A DNA stretch of 64,000 bases from Eubacteriales bacterium (GTDB lineage: Bacteria; Bacillota; Clostridia; Oscillospirales; CAG-272), in contig JAZQFQ010000058.1 of the NCBI GenBank assembly GCA_045539595.1, forward strand, positions 31,736 through 95,735. Direction: 5' to 3'. This document shows positions 39,572 through 50,776 of this stretch, in pieces. The translations under genes and the position numbers were made by a program. Within the stretch, counting starts at the first letter, position 1, and each line of letters opens with the position of its first letter. The notes under the pieces are model-generated. The model made no database searches and had not been told where the DNA came from. It saw nothing but the letters and a program-made list of their open reading frames with translations.

Positions 39572-40290
39572 TTCTGTACTCCTCCTTTGACTATTGTTCC
39601 GAGCGTTTCGCCCATAATTACCTTGGAAATATTCTCCGGATCGTCCAGACCGAAGATGTGGATCGGCATCTTATTTTCCATCGCAAAAGCGGTGGCGGTG
39701 ATATCGATGGCGGTCAGATGGTTATCCAGAATATACATATACTCCACTTCGCGGAGCGGGGTAGCCGTGGGATCCACACGGGGATCGGCGGTATAGATGG
39801 CGTCGATGTTCTTGGCCATCAGGGTAACGTCCGCGCCGATTTCCGCCGCACGAAGTACCGCGGCGGTATCCGTGGAAAAGAACGGGGCACCGGAGCCGCC
39901 GGCCAGGATGACAACGCTTCCCTTTTCCAAATACTCCACGGCTTTATCGCAGAGGTAAGGCTCGGTGAACGTTTCCATCATGACGGGAGTCATAACATGG
40001 GCATCCAGCCCTGCACGAACCAAAGCGTCTTTCATACCGATGGAGTTGATGACGGTAGCAAGCATTCCCATATGGTCCGCGCGGGTACGATTCACATCGG
40101 TTCCCTTGGCCCCGCGCCAGATGTTGCCCGCGCCGATGACGATAGCCACCTGCACGCCGGACTCCACACAGCGTTTGATCTGATCGACCACGGTATCCAT
40201 ATAAGCAAAATCCAGAATGGATGCAGCGTCATTCTTCAAAGCTTCCCCAGACAATTTCAAAAGCACACGACGATAAACGGGTGTCGGCAT
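39568..40290 (-). CDS. pyrH: UMP kinase
   Basis: 240 aa, YRRVLLKLSGEAL...VIGAGNIWRG... Confidence 0.95.
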   Translation of the reverse strand: MPTPVYRRVLLKLSGEALKNDAASILDFAYMDTVVDQIKRCVESGVQVAIVIGAGNIWRGAKGTDVNRTRADHMGMLATVINSIGMKDALVRAGLDAHVMTPVMMETFTEPYLCDKAVEYLEKGSVVILAGGSGAPFFSTDTAAVLRAAEIGADVTLMAKNIDAIYTADPRVDPTATPLREVEYMYILDNHLTAIDITATAFAMENKMPIHIFGLDDPENISKVIMGETLGTIVKGGVQK

Positions 40291-40322
40291 GACAACGCCT
40301 CCTTAGATAATATAACACATAT

Positions 40323-40351
40323 ATTTTACTCCGAAATAACGGATTTGTAAA
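40323..40351 (-). promoter_or_regulatory. candidate promoter upstream of pyrH
   Basis: Minus strand TTTACA-17 nt-TAAAAT, 33 nt before the ATG. Confidence 0.45.
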
Positions 40352-40370
40352 TACACTTCGTAAAATTCGC

Positions 40371-40403
40371 AAAAAAACCCGTCGGCATAGGATTGCCGAC
40401 GGG
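40371..40403 (-). terminator. terminator after tsf
   Basis: Minus strand CCCGTCGGCA-atccta-TGCCGACGGG followed by TTTTTTT. Confidence 0.85.
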
Positions 40404-40414
40404 CTGTAAGGCAA

Positions 40415-41347
40415 TTATTTCTTCATCATGCTGGCAATTTCTTCAGCGAAATTGTCTTCCTTCTTCTCCAGGCCTTCGCCTCTCTCGTAGATGGAGAAGC
40501 CCTTGATGGCGATGTTGCCGCCGAACTCCTTAGCGCATGCAGCCACATACTGGGAAACGGACATATTGTCGTCCTTGATGTAGGACTGCTCGGTCAGGCA
40601 GTTCTTCTCGTAGAACTTGTTCATCTTACCCATGATCATCTTCTCGAGGATGTTCTCGGGCTTATTTGCGTTCTTGGGATCGTTCTTCATCAGGGTGAGC
40701 TGGATCTGCTTCTCAGCTTCCAGATCAGCTGCGGGAACGGACTCCTTGTTCAGGTACAGAACGGGCATTGCAGCAACCTGCAGAGCGATGTTCTTAGCGA
40801 ACTCAGCGAAGCCGGGGTTTGCTACGCAAACGTCGTCTGCCTCGAAGTTGATGATAACACCGGTGGTGCCCTTACCGTGGATATAGGTGCTCAGAACACC
40901 GTCAACGATCAGGAAGCGGCGGATGTTCATGTTCTCACCGATGGTGAAGATCATGTCCTTCAGCTTGCCTTCTACGGTGAAATCGGAATCGGGATAAGGC
41001 AGTGTGTTCAGAGCGGCTACGTCAGCCGGTCTGTGTGCGATGATGGTCTTCAGAAGGCCGCGAACGAACTCCTGGAACTTCTCATTCTTAGCAACGAAGT
41101 CGGTCTCAGCGTTAACTTCGATCATAGCGGCGGTCTTGCCATCCTCAGAGAGCATGATATCTACAACGCCCTCGGAAGCGATACGGGTTGCCTTCTTAGC
41201 GGCAACAGCCAGACCCTTCTCGCGGAGAACCTTTACTGCCTCGTCAAAATCACCATTGGAAGCGGTGAGTGCCTTCTTGCACTCCATCATGCCGCAGCCG
41301 GTCTGCGCGCGGAGATCGGCTACCATTTTAGCGGTAATAGCTGCCAT
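40415..41347 (-). CDS. tsf: translation elongation factor Ts
   Basis: 310 aa, ITAKMVADLRAQTGCGMMECKKALTASNGDFDEAVKVLREKG. Confidence 0.95.
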   Translation of the reverse strand: MAAITAKMVADLRAQTGCGMMECKKALTASNGDFDEAVKVLREKGLAVAAKKATRIASEGVVDIMLSEDGKTAAMIEVNAETDFVAKNEKFQEFVRGLLKTIIAHRPADVAALNTLPYPDSDFTVEGKLKDMIFTIGENMNIRRFLIVDGVLSTYIHGKGTTGVIINFEADDVCVANPGFAEFAKNIALQVAAMPVLYLNKESVPAADLEAEKQIQLTLMKNDPKNANKPENILEKMIMGKMNKFYEKNCLTEQSYIKDDNMSVSQYVAACAKEFGGNIAIKGFSIYERGEGLEKKEDNFAEEIASMMKK

Positions 41348-41373
41348 TGTTATATCCTCCGTATATTTAACGA

Positions 41374-42120
41374 TTAGTTGTTAGCGTCTTCAGCTGCTTC
41401 AGCCTCGGTGGCTTCTGCCTCAGCCTCGGTGAGCTGCTCACCCTGCTTGCCCTCGATAACAGCGTCAGCGAGAACAGAGGAGATCAGGCGGATAGCGCGG
41501 ATTGCGTCATCGTTACCGGGGATGATGTAGTCGGCGTCATCGGGATCGCAGTTGGTGTCCACGATAGCGATAACCGGAATACCCAGTTTCTTCGCTTCCA
41601 TAACAGCGTTGTGCTCCTTGCGGGGGTCAACGATGAAGATAGCGGAAGGCAGGCCCTGCATGGTCTTGATACCGCCCAGATTCTTCTCCAGGTTGTACAT
41701 TTCCTTCTGGAGCTGTGCCACTTCCTTCTTGGGAAGCATATCGAAAGTGCCGTCCTCCTGCATCTTTTCCAGAGCGTTCAGACGGTTGATGCTCTGACGG
41801 ATGGTCTTGTAGTTGGTCAGCATACCGCCGAGCCAACGAACGTTTACGAAATACATACCGCAGCGCTCAGCCTCTTCGCGAATCGCATCAGCTGCCTGCT
41901 TCTTGGTGCCAACGAACAGTACGGTGCCGCCCTGAGCAGCAACGTCGCGGACGTACATGTACGCCTCTTCAAACTTCTTGATGGTCTTCTGCAGGTCGAT
42001 GATGTAGATGCCGTTACGCTCGGTGAAGATGTACTCAGCCATCTTGGGGTTCCAGCGTCTGGTGTGGTGACCGAAATGTACACCGGCTTCCAGAAGCTGC
42101 TTAATGCTTACAATTGCCAT
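41374..42120 (-). CDS. rpsB: 30S ribosomal protein S2
   Basis: The listed ORF is 5'-extended. Start is ATG 42120 ([27 protein letters not shown]) after AAGGAG. Confidence 0.95.
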   Translation of the reverse strand: MAIVSIKQLLEAGVHFGHHTRRWNPKMAEYIFTERNGIYIIDLQKTIKKFEEAYMYVRDVAAQGGTVLFVGTKKQAADAIREEAERCGMYFVNVRWLGGMLTNYKTIRQSINRLNALEKMQEDGTFDMLPKKEVAQLQKEMYNLEKNLGGIKTMQGLPSAIFIVDPRKEHNAVMEAKKLGIPVIAIVDTNCDPDDADYIIPGNDDAIRAIRLISSVLADAVIEGKQGEQLTEAEAEATEAEAAEDANN

Positions 42121-42270
42121 GATTTTATTCTCCTTACGGTTATTTTCCGCCACGCGAAAGCGTCTGAACTGCAAGCCGTAGGCCCGGTAAACTTTCTCTT
42201 TACCGCGCAGCACCGTCAGGCGCCGTCACAAGCGTGTGTGTGCTATGCACATATTTGCGCATGCTCCAGT

Positions 42271-42299
42271 ATTTTACCACATTATAGGATATAATGCAA
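42271..42299 (-). promoter_or_regulatory. candidate rpsB promoter with a long leader
   Basis: Minus strand TTGCAT-17 nt-TAAAAT with TG at -15/-14. Leaves a 5' UTR of about 145 nt containing several short hairpins. Confidence 0.5.
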
Positions 42300-42340
42300 C
42301 GCATTTTTTACTATTCACAAAATATTTACAATTATAGATA

Positions 42341-42370
42341 AAAAAAGGAACCCGCCTTACGCGGGTTCCT
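42341..42370 (-). terminator. terminator after the solute-binding lipoprotein gene
   Basis: Minus strand AGGAACCCGC-gtaa-GGCGGGTTCCT followed by TTTTTTT. Confidence 0.85.
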
Positions 42371-42379
42371 GTAAAAACC

Positions 42380-44080
42380 TTATTCGTCGATCTGACCGCC
42401 GTTGCCCAGATAGAACTCTCTGTAGTAAGAAGAGAGACTTTCGGGCTCGTCTTTGTTGATCAGTTTCGCAACGGTTTCGTTGGTAGCGATCTCTTTTCTC
42501 AAATCCGTCAGGGCTGCCGCGAACTCGTCAGCGGTCATAGCCTCAATGCGATCATATACGTCTTTGGAAAGGCGGGCCAACTCCTCATAATCGGCTTTAT
42601 TGGCTTCTGTAAGGAAGGTGGATGCATCAAATCCGAGGAAAGGATCCACCTGAGCAGCCAGATTCTGCACCTTACCATACTCCCAATACTCACGAGAAAC
42701 GCCGGGAGCGGGATAGGTCATATACACGTTACCGGTTTCCACCAGGTTCATCTTATAATCGTCGCTGATTACATCGATTACTTCCGTATTCTCCGGATTG
42801 ACGCGCCAATGAATATCCTCCACACCGTACTGCAGGATCGTACGCAGTTCGGGATCGGTATTCAAAGCGGTGATGATTTCCATGGAACGGCTCACATCTT
42901 TCGTATAGGTGCTGACAGCGAACATGGAATTGTACACTTCTTCAACGGTAAACAGGGGAGCCTGATATACCTTTACATAATAATCTTCCTCATACTCGGC
43001 AAGAACGGACGCGTCGCCGGAGATAACACCGACACCGAACTCTTCCACCTTTGTGGGATCAGCTGCAAAGCAGTCCGCCTCTTTCAGAGCCTTCATCATA
43101 TGAATGGTATCGGAATAGCCCTTGATACCCAGGGTGCTTCTGGGCATACAGAAGGTAAGCAGAGTGGAAGATGTGGGGATCTGAGAAGAAATCAGGGAGA
43201 ACGCGTTATCCTGCTCCATCGACCAGTACTTCATACCGGAGGCCTCCACGGGTGCCAGCATGGGAACTACGTCGGTACGTGCCTTTACGTCCAGGATGAA
43301 ATCCTTGCACTTAACCAGAGTGTTCAGATCATCGGGATTCCAGTACAGTTCATCCACCAGGCGCTTATTGACCAGCAGATACTTATATTCGCCCACCACA
43401 TGGTTGTTGGGGATGGCAAAGGTAGTGCCGTCAAACTTGACGCTGCTGAGGAATGTGGGATAGATATACTGATTCAGAATCTTGGAATTACCGGTCAACT
43501 CGGAATCCAGCTCGGACAGAGCTTCTCTGTCGATATAGGAAACGTAATTGTCATATCCGCGAACCAGGAAAATATCCATCTGATATTCGCCCACCTTGGG
43601 ATACTTGAGAATCTGCATACCGATATCGTTGACGTATGTATCCTCACCTTCGGGAGCGGTGGTCTCGGGAGCGGTAGTTTCAGGAGCGGTAGTGATACCC
43701 TGCGCAGCGAGAGAAGCGGCTTCTTTTCTCTTACGGGCAGCCTCTTCCTCCTCGAAAGCGATATGCTCTTCGATCTCGGTAATGCGAGCCTCGATGGCAG
43801 CGTCGTACTTATCGCGGGGAATCGCGTGCAGTTCGATGGCCGTCTCAAACTTCGCCTTGGTGATTTTATTGATTGCCTCCTCTACGGCAAGGATTGCTTC
43901 TTCGGTGGTATCCTCATCGGTGGGCACCCACAGGGTCAGGGTAACCGTGGACAAAGATGAGCCGTCCGTTTCGGTGCTTTCTACCGTCTTGTCGCCGGAT
44001 TGATCCGAGCAGCCGGCAAAAGCGAAACAGGAAAACACTGTCACAAACGCCAGCAGGAGACATGCAAGTTTTCTTTTCAT
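42380..44080 (-). CDS. large extracellular solute-binding lipoprotein (ABC-type SBP family 1-like); no partner permease/ATPase genes adjacent
   Basis: 566 aa. Signal peptide plus lipobox MKRKLACLLLAFVTVFSCFAFAGCS. Has a TTAPE x3 linker. General SBP-like sequence; assignment is by resemblance only. Confidence 0.6.
   Translation of the reverse strand: MKRKLACLLLAFVTVFSCFAFAGCSDQSGDKTVESTETDGSSLSTVTLTLWVPTDEDTTEEAILAVEEAINKITKAKFETAIELHAIPRDKYDAAIEARITEIEEHIAFEEEEAARKRKEAASLAAQGITTAPETTAPETTAPEGEDTYVNDIGMQILKYPKVGEYQMDIFLVRGYDNYVSYIDREALSELDSELTGNSKILNQYIYPTFLSSVKFDGTTFAIPNNHVVGEYKYLLVNKRLVDELYWNPDDLNTLVKCKDFILDVKARTDVVPMLAPVEASGMKYWSMEQDNAFSLISSQIPTSSTLLTFCMPRSTLGIKGYSDTIHMMKALKEADCFAADPTKVEEFGVGVISGDASVLAEYEEDYYVKVYQAPLFTVEEVYNSMFAVSTYTKDVSRSMEIITALNTDPELRTILQYGVEDIHWRVNPENTEVIDVISDDYKMNLVETGNVYMTYPAPGVSREYWEYGKVQNLAAQVDPFLGFDASTFLTEANKADYEELARLSKDVYDRIEAMTADEFAAALTDLRKEIATNETVAKLINKDEPESLSSYYREFYLGNGGQIDE
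43649..43693 (-). repeat. 15-nt tandem repeat x3 inside the SBP gene (encodes TTAPE x3)
   Basis: + strand TTCGGGAGCGGTGGT / CTCGGGAGCGGTAGT / TTCAGGAGCGGTAGT. In-frame low-complexity linker. Confidence 0.8.
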
Positions 44081-44138
44081 TTAGGGATCCTCCTCAATAT
44101 CATTGCGCAGACAAAAAACTGCCACTCAATCTTAAAAT

Positions 44139-44167
44139 ATTTTACACGATTTTGCCTCATATGTCAA
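44139..44167 (-). promoter_or_regulatory. candidate promoter of the solute-binding lipoprotein gene
   Basis: Minus strand TTGACA-17 nt-TAAAAT, 59 nt before the ATG. Confidence 0.55.
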
Positions 44168-44340
44168 GCAATATTTCGCTCCCGACGGGGCAAAACCACA
44201 CTCTTTCGCACGAAGCCATTCACACATCGTGCACATTTTTTGTAGCAAATCAACGAAAACGCAAGGGGCTTTTTGGGCAATACCCCCTTCGTTTTGGTCA
44301 CTTACCACAACAGAAAATCGCACAAACCGTGCACATTTAC

Positions 44341-44361
44341 CAAAAGAATCCGAATGGATTA
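44341..44361 (-). terminator. weak terminator-like hairpin after rpoD
   Basis: Minus strand AATCC-attc-GGATT followed by CTTTTGG. The stem is short. Confidence 0.35.
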
Positions 44362-44365
44362 TCGA

Positions 44366-45460
<1,095 letters not shown>

Positions 45461-45476
45461 GTTTCTTCCCCTTTGG

Positions 45477-47282
45477 TTATGTATTGTTTTCAGAGTGATT
45501 TATTGCATCGGGCGAAAGATCGCCTCGTTTTTTTCGGATAAAGTACAGAAAATCCCCGTCGTCCTTATTGCGGTTTTTCTCGTTTTCCTCCCGCAGTGCC
45601 CGCAGGGTTTCGTCAAACACCTCCGGTCCGTTGTCCGAGAGTTTCATACGGTCCACCCGCATTTTTTCTGCCCGGGACACCTCATCCTGGGAAAAGGTTT
45701 CGTTCAGCGACTCAAACCCGAAACCGCCAGCATCCTCGCCGGCAAGAATGGCGGCCAGCAGCCTCTGTCCCAGTCCGGTGGGCATATCCTCTCCGCTGAC
45801 GGGTTTCCCGTCCACCGCCCGGCGGATGTATTCCCGGCGGAGCATGATCAGCCCGAGGATGGTTTCCTCAAAACGGGATGCCTTCGGCATTTTGGAAAAG
45901 TCCGGATTGACCCGGTCAGAGATGCCCATCCCCGCCCGATATAATTTTCCGGGGCGTGCCGCTTTGGCGGATTTCTGTCTCTTCTTTATGATGCGATCCA
46001 CATCACGTTTTATACTATTCGGATCCAGAGAAAAGGCCTTGGCGGCACGGAAAATATAGACATCCCGCTCCACGCTGGAGTACACCGACGCGATTTTGCC
46101 GCACAGCACCTCCGCCGCCTTGATTTTTTCTTCCGGATCATCCAGATTGTACTGTTTGCACACGTTTTCCAGATCGTATTCAAACCGGGAGCGGCTTTCG
46201 CCCAAAAGCGATGCGAACTTCTTCGCCCCGAATTTCTTGATATATTCGTCCGGATCCTTGGCCCCGTCCATGCGGATGACTTTGGCATCCACCCCCGCAT
46301 CGCTGAGAATACGAAGGGCTTTGCCGGTGGCGTTTTGTCCGGCGGAATCGCTGTCGTAAGCCAGCACCACATTGGAGGCGTATTTTTTGATGATCCGCGC
46401 GTGCTCCGGGGTGATGGCCGTGCCCAGGGTGGCCACGGCGTTTTCGAATCCAGCCGCGTGAAGCTGGATCACATCCATATACCCCTCGCACAGAATCAGC
46501 CGCTCCTCACACTTGGCTTTGGCAAAGTTCAGCGCGAACAGATTGCGCATTTTTTTGAACGCCGGTGTGTCCGACGAGTTCAGATATTTGGGGGGCTTTC
46601 GGCCGTCGGGGCTTTCCTTCCCTTCCCCGATGAGACGGCCGCCGAATGCCACGATGTTCCCCGTCACGTCGATGATGGGGATAATCAGCCGGCCGCGGAA
46701 GATATCGTACAGTCGGCCGTTTTTTCCCGTTCCGCACAAGAAGCCCGTGGTCATTTCCTCATCCGTATAACCGTTTTTCCGGAGATGATCGCACAGATCG
46801 TGGAAGGAATCCGGGGCATATCCCAGGCCGAACCGCCGCACGATGGCGGGGGGCAGCTGACGCTGTTCGATATAGGCACGGGCCACGGCGCCGGTGCGTT
46901 CGTCGTACAGCCTGTCCCGGAAGAAGCGGGCGGCGCACACGTTCATCTCCAGAATCCGTTTGCGGCTGACGCCGCCTTCCTCGCGGATCTCGTCGTCGGG
47001 CAAGGTGATGCCGGCCCGTTTGGCCAGCAGTTCCAGCGCGGCCCGGTAATCCAGATTTTCCGTGCGCATGATGAAACTGATCACATCGCCGCCGGCACCG
47101 CATCCGAAGCAGTAAAAGGACTGGGTGGCGGGAAAGACCGTGAAGGACGGAGTCCGTTCGCTGTGGAACGGGCACAGGCCGTTCATATTGTTCCCGGCCC
47201 GCTTCAAAGTAACATAGGAGGAAATCACGTCCACGATATCCGAGCGGTATTTCAAATCTTCAATAATGCTGTGCGGGATCAC
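45477..47282 (-). CDS. dnaG: DNA primase
   Basis: GTG start after AGGAGG. Zn finger [43 protein letters not shown] ... YDSDSAG. Confidence 0.95.
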   Translation of the reverse strand: MIPHSIIEDLKYRSDIVDVISSYVTLKRAGNNMNGLCPFHSERTPSFTVFPATQSFYCFGCGAGGDVISFIMRTENLDYRAALELLAKRAGITLPDDEIREEGGVSRKRILEMNVCAARFFRDRLYDERTGAVARAYIEQRQLPPAIVRRFGLGYAPDSFHDLCDHLRKNGYTDEEMTTGFLCGTGKNGRLYDIFRGRLIIPIIDVTGNIVAFGGRLIGEGKESPDGRKPPKYLNSSDTPAFKKMRNLFALNFAKAKCEERLILCEGYMDVIQLHAAGFENAVATLGTAITPEHARIIKKYASNVVLAYDSDSAGQNATGKALRILSDAGVDAKVIRMDGAKDPDEYIKKFGAKKFASLLGESRSRFEYDLENVCKQYNLDDPEEKIKAAEVLCGKIASVYSSVERDVYIFRAAKAFSLDPNSIKRDVDRIIKKRQKSAKAARPGKLYRAGMGISDRVNPDFSKMPKASRFEETILGLIMLRREYIRRAVDGKPVSGEDMPTGLGQRLLAAILAGEDAGGFGFESLNETFSQDEVSRAEKMRVDRMKLSDNGPEVFDETLRALREENEKNRNKDDGDFLYFIRKKRGDLSPDAINHSENNT

Positions 47283-47307
47283 GTTCTTTCCTCCTTGCTA
47301 TAATTAT

Positions 47308-48321
47308 TTAGTTGGGTGTGCGCCAGACGTTGGGCACAAACAGATCTTTATACAGATCGATGGCGTAGCGGTCCGTCATGCTGGATATATAGTCGCAGAC
47401 ACACCGCTCCACGGGATCCGTTTCCAGATTCCGGTAGTAGACCTGCGGCATCTTCTGAGGATACCGGATAAAGTATTCGTACAGGCGGGCCAGCAGTTCC
47501 ATGGCCTTCACTTCCTCGGCCTTGGCAATGGGACTGTAGTATACGTTATCAAACAGGAATTTGCGCAGTTTGTTCGTAGCCTCACCCACCTCGGGCGTCA
47601 TGCGGATCACCGGAGAATCCGTACTGCCCTCGATCACGGAGGACACCATGCGGTTGATGCGGACGCCGTGCTTTTCGCCCAGCACCTCGCGAATTTCCAC
47701 AGGGATATCCTCAATGGACATGATGCCGGCACGGCAGGCGTCGTCGATATCGTGATTGATATAGGCGATCCGATCGGCGAATTTGACGATCACGCCCTCC
47801 AGGGTGGATGCCAGGTGATCCCCCGTGTGGTTGACAATGCCGTCCCGAACTTCCCAGGTAAGATTCAAGCCAGCACCGTCGTTTTCCAGTTTCTCGACCA
47901 CGCGCAGACTTTGCTTGTAATGGGTGAACTCCGGTGAATAGCATTGCTGCATCACTGTTTCCCCGGCGTGGCCGAAGGGGGTGTGACCCAGATCGTGGCC
48001 CAGGGCCGCTGCCTCACACAGATCCTCGTTCAGCATCAGTGCGCGGGCAATAATGCGGGCGATCTGGGTCACCTCCAGAGTGTGTGTCATACGGGTGCGG
48101 TAATGCTCGTCCACCGGAAAAAGGAACACCTGCGTTTTATGGACAAGGCGTCGAAACGCCTTGGAATGAATGATTCGATCCCGGTCCCGCTGGAAATCCG
48201 TACGGTTGGGACATGGGGTGCAGGGATGGTCTCTGCCGCGGGTATTTTCCGTAAGAAACGCATAGGGCGACAATGTTTCGCGCTCGCGCTCGCAAAAAAT
48301 GCTGCTTACTGTTTTTTCCAT
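47308..48321 (-). CDS. dgt: dGTP triphosphohydrolase-like HD-domain protein
   Basis: Start moved to ATG 48321. Contains ...DRDRIIHSKAFRRL..KTQVF...HYRTRMTHTLEV...HDLGHTPFGHAGE. Confidence 0.8.
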   Translation of the reverse strand: MEKTVSSIFCERERETLSPYAFLTENTRGRDHPCTPCPNRTDFQRDRDRIIHSKAFRRLVHKTQVFLFPVDEHYRTRMTHTLEVTQIARIIARALMLNEDLCEAAALGHDLGHTPFGHAGETVMQQCYSPEFTHYKQSLRVVEKLENDGAGLNLTWEVRDGIVNHTGDHLASTLEGVIVKFADRIAYINHDIDDACRAGIMSIEDIPVEIREVLGEKHGVRINRMVSSVIEGSTDSPVIRMTPEVGEATNKLRKFLFDNVYYSPIAKAEEVKAMELLARLYEYFIRYPQKMPQVYYRNLETDPVERCVCDYISSMTDRYAIDLYKDLFVPNVWRTPN

Positions 48322-48409
48322 AGACACTCCGTCATACACATTGATGGATTACAGGTATTGTACATATAATATACGCAAAAAATCTCTTTTTTACTTTTTT
48401 CGACCCTAC

Positions 48410-49057
48410 CTATACAATGCCGGCAGGTCGGGGGCGTTCTTCGTGTCCAACGATTTCTGCTGTCACGCGGCCGTTCGTCATCTCGGATAAAGCCCGCATA
48501 AGCTCCTCCGCCCGCGTGCTTTCCACACCGACAGTCAGCGTCACTGCATCATCGTATTCCGTATTGTCCTCTGTCACGCCCAGTTTCGGTAATGCGGCCG
48601 TGATTTTCTGATATTCGGAATAACTGCACCGCACACGAAGAATAGCAAAGTCCGTCATAGTAACGATGCCTGCCGTCTCGATGGCCAGCTTGGCCGATGC
48701 GGCATAAGCACGCACCAATCCTCCGGCACCCAACAGGATGCCGCCGAAATAGCGGGTGACCACCACACACAAATCGCTGACGCCGGACATTTTCAGTATG
48801 TTGAGCACAGGAATTCCTGCCGTACCCTGAGGCTCGCCGTCATCGGAATAGCGAGCAATGGCTCCGCCGGACAACTGATAGGCATACACATTATGGGTGG
48901 CATCGTGATATTTGTGCCGCATTTCCTCAATCAACTCCCGTGCCTCCGCCTCGGAGGCCACGGGAGCGGCGGTGCCGATAAATACGGATTTCCGCTCGAT
49001 CATTTCCGCCGATGCACGCTTTGCCAGCGCCAATCGGGCCACGGATGCTTCCGCCAT
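48410..49057 (-). CDS. YigZ / IMPACT-family protein
   Basis: ERKSVFIGTAAPVASEAEARELIEEMRHKYHDATHNVYAY...GEPQGTAG. ATG 49057 shares one nt with the hflX TGA. Confidence 0.85.
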   Translation of the reverse strand: MAEASVARLALAKRASAEMIERKSVFIGTAAPVASEAEARELIEEMRHKYHDATHNVYAYQLSGGAIARYSDDGEPQGTAGIPVLNILKMSGVSDLCVVVTRYFGGILLGAGGLVRAYAASAKLAIETAGIVTMTDFAILRVRCSYSEYQKITAALPKLGVTEDNTEYDDAVTLTVGVESTRAEELMRALSEMTNGRVTAEIVGHEERPRPAGIV

Positions 49058-50394
49058 CACCAATCCTCCTCGTCGTCCTCTTTGCAGGCTGTGTTTTCCG
49101 GCACGATCAGATATTCTTTCAGTTTGCCACGGGTCTTGGCATCCACGGTGGCCGTCACGCGGATGCCCTCATCCACGTACTCCATCTGCACGTCATGGGC
49201 CAATGCGTGGAGCAGATTCACCGCGCCGCCATCGGAATACGGAATCAGAAACTCCGCCCGGGAGCGGCCCTCCGAGGCGATTCTCTCCAGCTTTTCAGTG
49301 AACTCCTCCATGCCCTCCCCGGTTTTCGCGGAGATGAACACGGACTCGCATCCGCCCTGATCGGCGATCCGCTTCAGAAGCATCTTCTGCTCCCCATCGG
49401 CGATGAGATCGCATTTATTGAACACCAAAAGCACCGGCTTGCCCGATGCGCCCAATTCCGTGAGCAGATCGTCGGTGATCTTGAGTTCATCGGCAAATTC
49501 CGCCCCGGAGGCGTCGCACACATGGAGAATCACATCGGCCAGCGCCGCTTCCTCCAAAGTGGAGCGGAACGCTTTGATCAGATGATGGGGCAGATTGCGG
49601 ATGAATCCGACCGTATCCGTCAGCAGGAGCTTCATCCCCGACGGAAGCACATACTGTCTGGTGGTGGGATCCAGCGTGGCGAACAGTTTGTCCTCCGCCA
49701 GAATCCCCGCCCCGGTCAGGGCGTTCAGCAAAGTGGATTTTCCCGCGTTGGTATAGCCCACGATGGCGCAGCGAACCAACCCGGAGCGATCCCGGGCAGC
49801 ACGCATGGTGGCGCGGGAAGATTCCACCTTCTCCAACTCCTCCTCCAGCATACGGATGCGGGATTTGATCCGGCGGCGATCGATTTCCAGTTTCGTCTCA
49901 CCGGGGCCGCGGGTGCCGATACCGCCGCCGAGACGGGACATCTCCGTACCCTTACCCGCCAGACGGGGGGCCGTATAGCGAAGCTGTGCCAGTTCCACCT
50001 GCAGACGTCCTTCGGAGGTCACGGCATGACGGGCGAAAATATCCAGGATCAGCATACTGCGGTCCAGCACTTCCACCTCTGCCTCGATCCGCTCCTCAAT
50101 GGTGCGGATCTGGGAGGGGGACAACTCGCAGTCAAAGACCACGATGGACACATCCTCTGCCAGGCAGAGATCGGACAACTCCTTCAGTTTCCCGCTGCCG
50201 ATACAGGTTATGCCGTCCGGCTTATCCCGCATCTGGGTAACGGTGGCCACCATCTCTGCACCGGCCGTGTCCAGAAGCCGGCCTACTTCAGCGAGGGACA
50301 CAAGGCATTCGCGCTCTCCCCCCTGGGGATAGATGGCGCACGCAATGGCACGGGGCAATGCCTCCGGCGTGTCCGAAAACAGATTTTTGTTCAT
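49057..50394 (-). CDS. hflX: GTPase HflX
   Basis: The listed start is TTG 50406. ATG 50394 follows GGGAGG. G motifs VGYTNAGKSTLLNAL, DTVGF, NKCD. Confidence 0.93.
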   Translation of the reverse strand: MNKNLFSDTPEALPRAIACAIYPQGGERECLVSLAEVGRLLDTAGAEMVATVTQMRDKPDGITCIGSGKLKELSDLCLAEDVSIVVFDCELSPSQIRTIEERIEAEVEVLDRSMLILDIFARHAVTSEGRLQVELAQLRYTAPRLAGKGTEMSRLGGGIGTRGPGETKLEIDRRRIKSRIRMLEEELEKVESSRATMRAARDRSGLVRCAIVGYTNAGKSTLLNALTGAGILAEDKLFATLDPTTRQYVLPSGMKLLLTDTVGFIRNLPHHLIKAFRSTLEEAALADVILHVCDASGAEFADELKITDDLLTELGASGKPVLLVFNKCDLIADGEQKMLLKRIADQGGCESVFISAKTGEGMEEFTEKLERIASEGRSRAEFLIPYSDGGAVNLLHALAHDVQMEYVDEGIRVTATVDAKTRGKLKEYLIVPENTACKEDDEEDW

Positions 50395-50405
50395 AGTACC
50401 TCCCA

Positions 50406-50453
50406 AAAGAAAAAACGGATAAGAAGCCGAGGGATCCCCGCACTTCTTATCCG
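50406..50453 (-). terminator. rpmE terminator, immediately upstream of hflX
   Basis: Minus strand CGGATAAGAAG-(16 nt)-CTTCTTATCCG followed by TTTTTTCTTTT. Confidence 0.8.
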
Positions 50454-50473
50454 ATTTCGAACGAAACAGTCAA

Positions 50474-50692
50474 TTATTTGCCGGACATAGCCAGACGCTT
50501 CTTGAACTTGTCTACGCGTCCGCCCACATCCACAAATTTCTGCTTGCCGGTGAAAAACGGATGGCATTTGGAGCAAATGTCCACACGCAGCTCGCCGTTC
50601 GCATCGCCTTTTGTCGAGCGGGTTACAACAGTCTCACCGCAAGCGCAGCGAACTGTTACTTCTTTATATTCCGGATGAATTCCACTTTTCAT
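50474..50692 (-). CDS. rpmE: 50S ribosomal protein L31
   Basis: 72 aa, [20 protein letters not shown]...[13 protein letters not shown]. Confidence 0.95.
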   Translation of the reverse strand: MKSGIHPEYKEVTVRCACGETVVTRSTKGDANGELRVDICSKCHPFFTGKQKFVDVGGRVDKFKKRLAMSGK

Positions 50693-50729
50693 TGTTACAC
50701 CTCTCTCTACAGATATTCATATGTCATGG

Positions 50730-50758
50730 ATTATATCACATCTTCCCGGACAAATCAA
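50730..50758 (-). promoter_or_regulatory. candidate rpmE promoter
   Basis: Minus strand TTGATT-17 nt-TATAAT, 38 nt before the ATG. Confidence 0.5.
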
Positions 50759-50776
50759 GACCTTTTTTGATTTTTT

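Noticed and set aside
33937-40290. ispG sitting where Bacillus has proS in the pyrH-frr-uppS-cdsA-dxr-rseP-(x)-polC cluster, with a 1-nt ispG stop / polC start overlap.
   Set aside because: To my recollection dxr-rseP-ispG-polC is the ordinary arrangement in Clostridia. So this is lineage-typical synteny, not an anomaly. The overlap simply indicates translational coupling.
43649-43693. 15-nt tandem repeat x3 as a possible CRISPR-like or mobile-element signature.
   Set aside because: It is in frame inside the SBP gene, encodes TTAPE x3, has no spacers and is too short. It is a low-complexity linker repeat.
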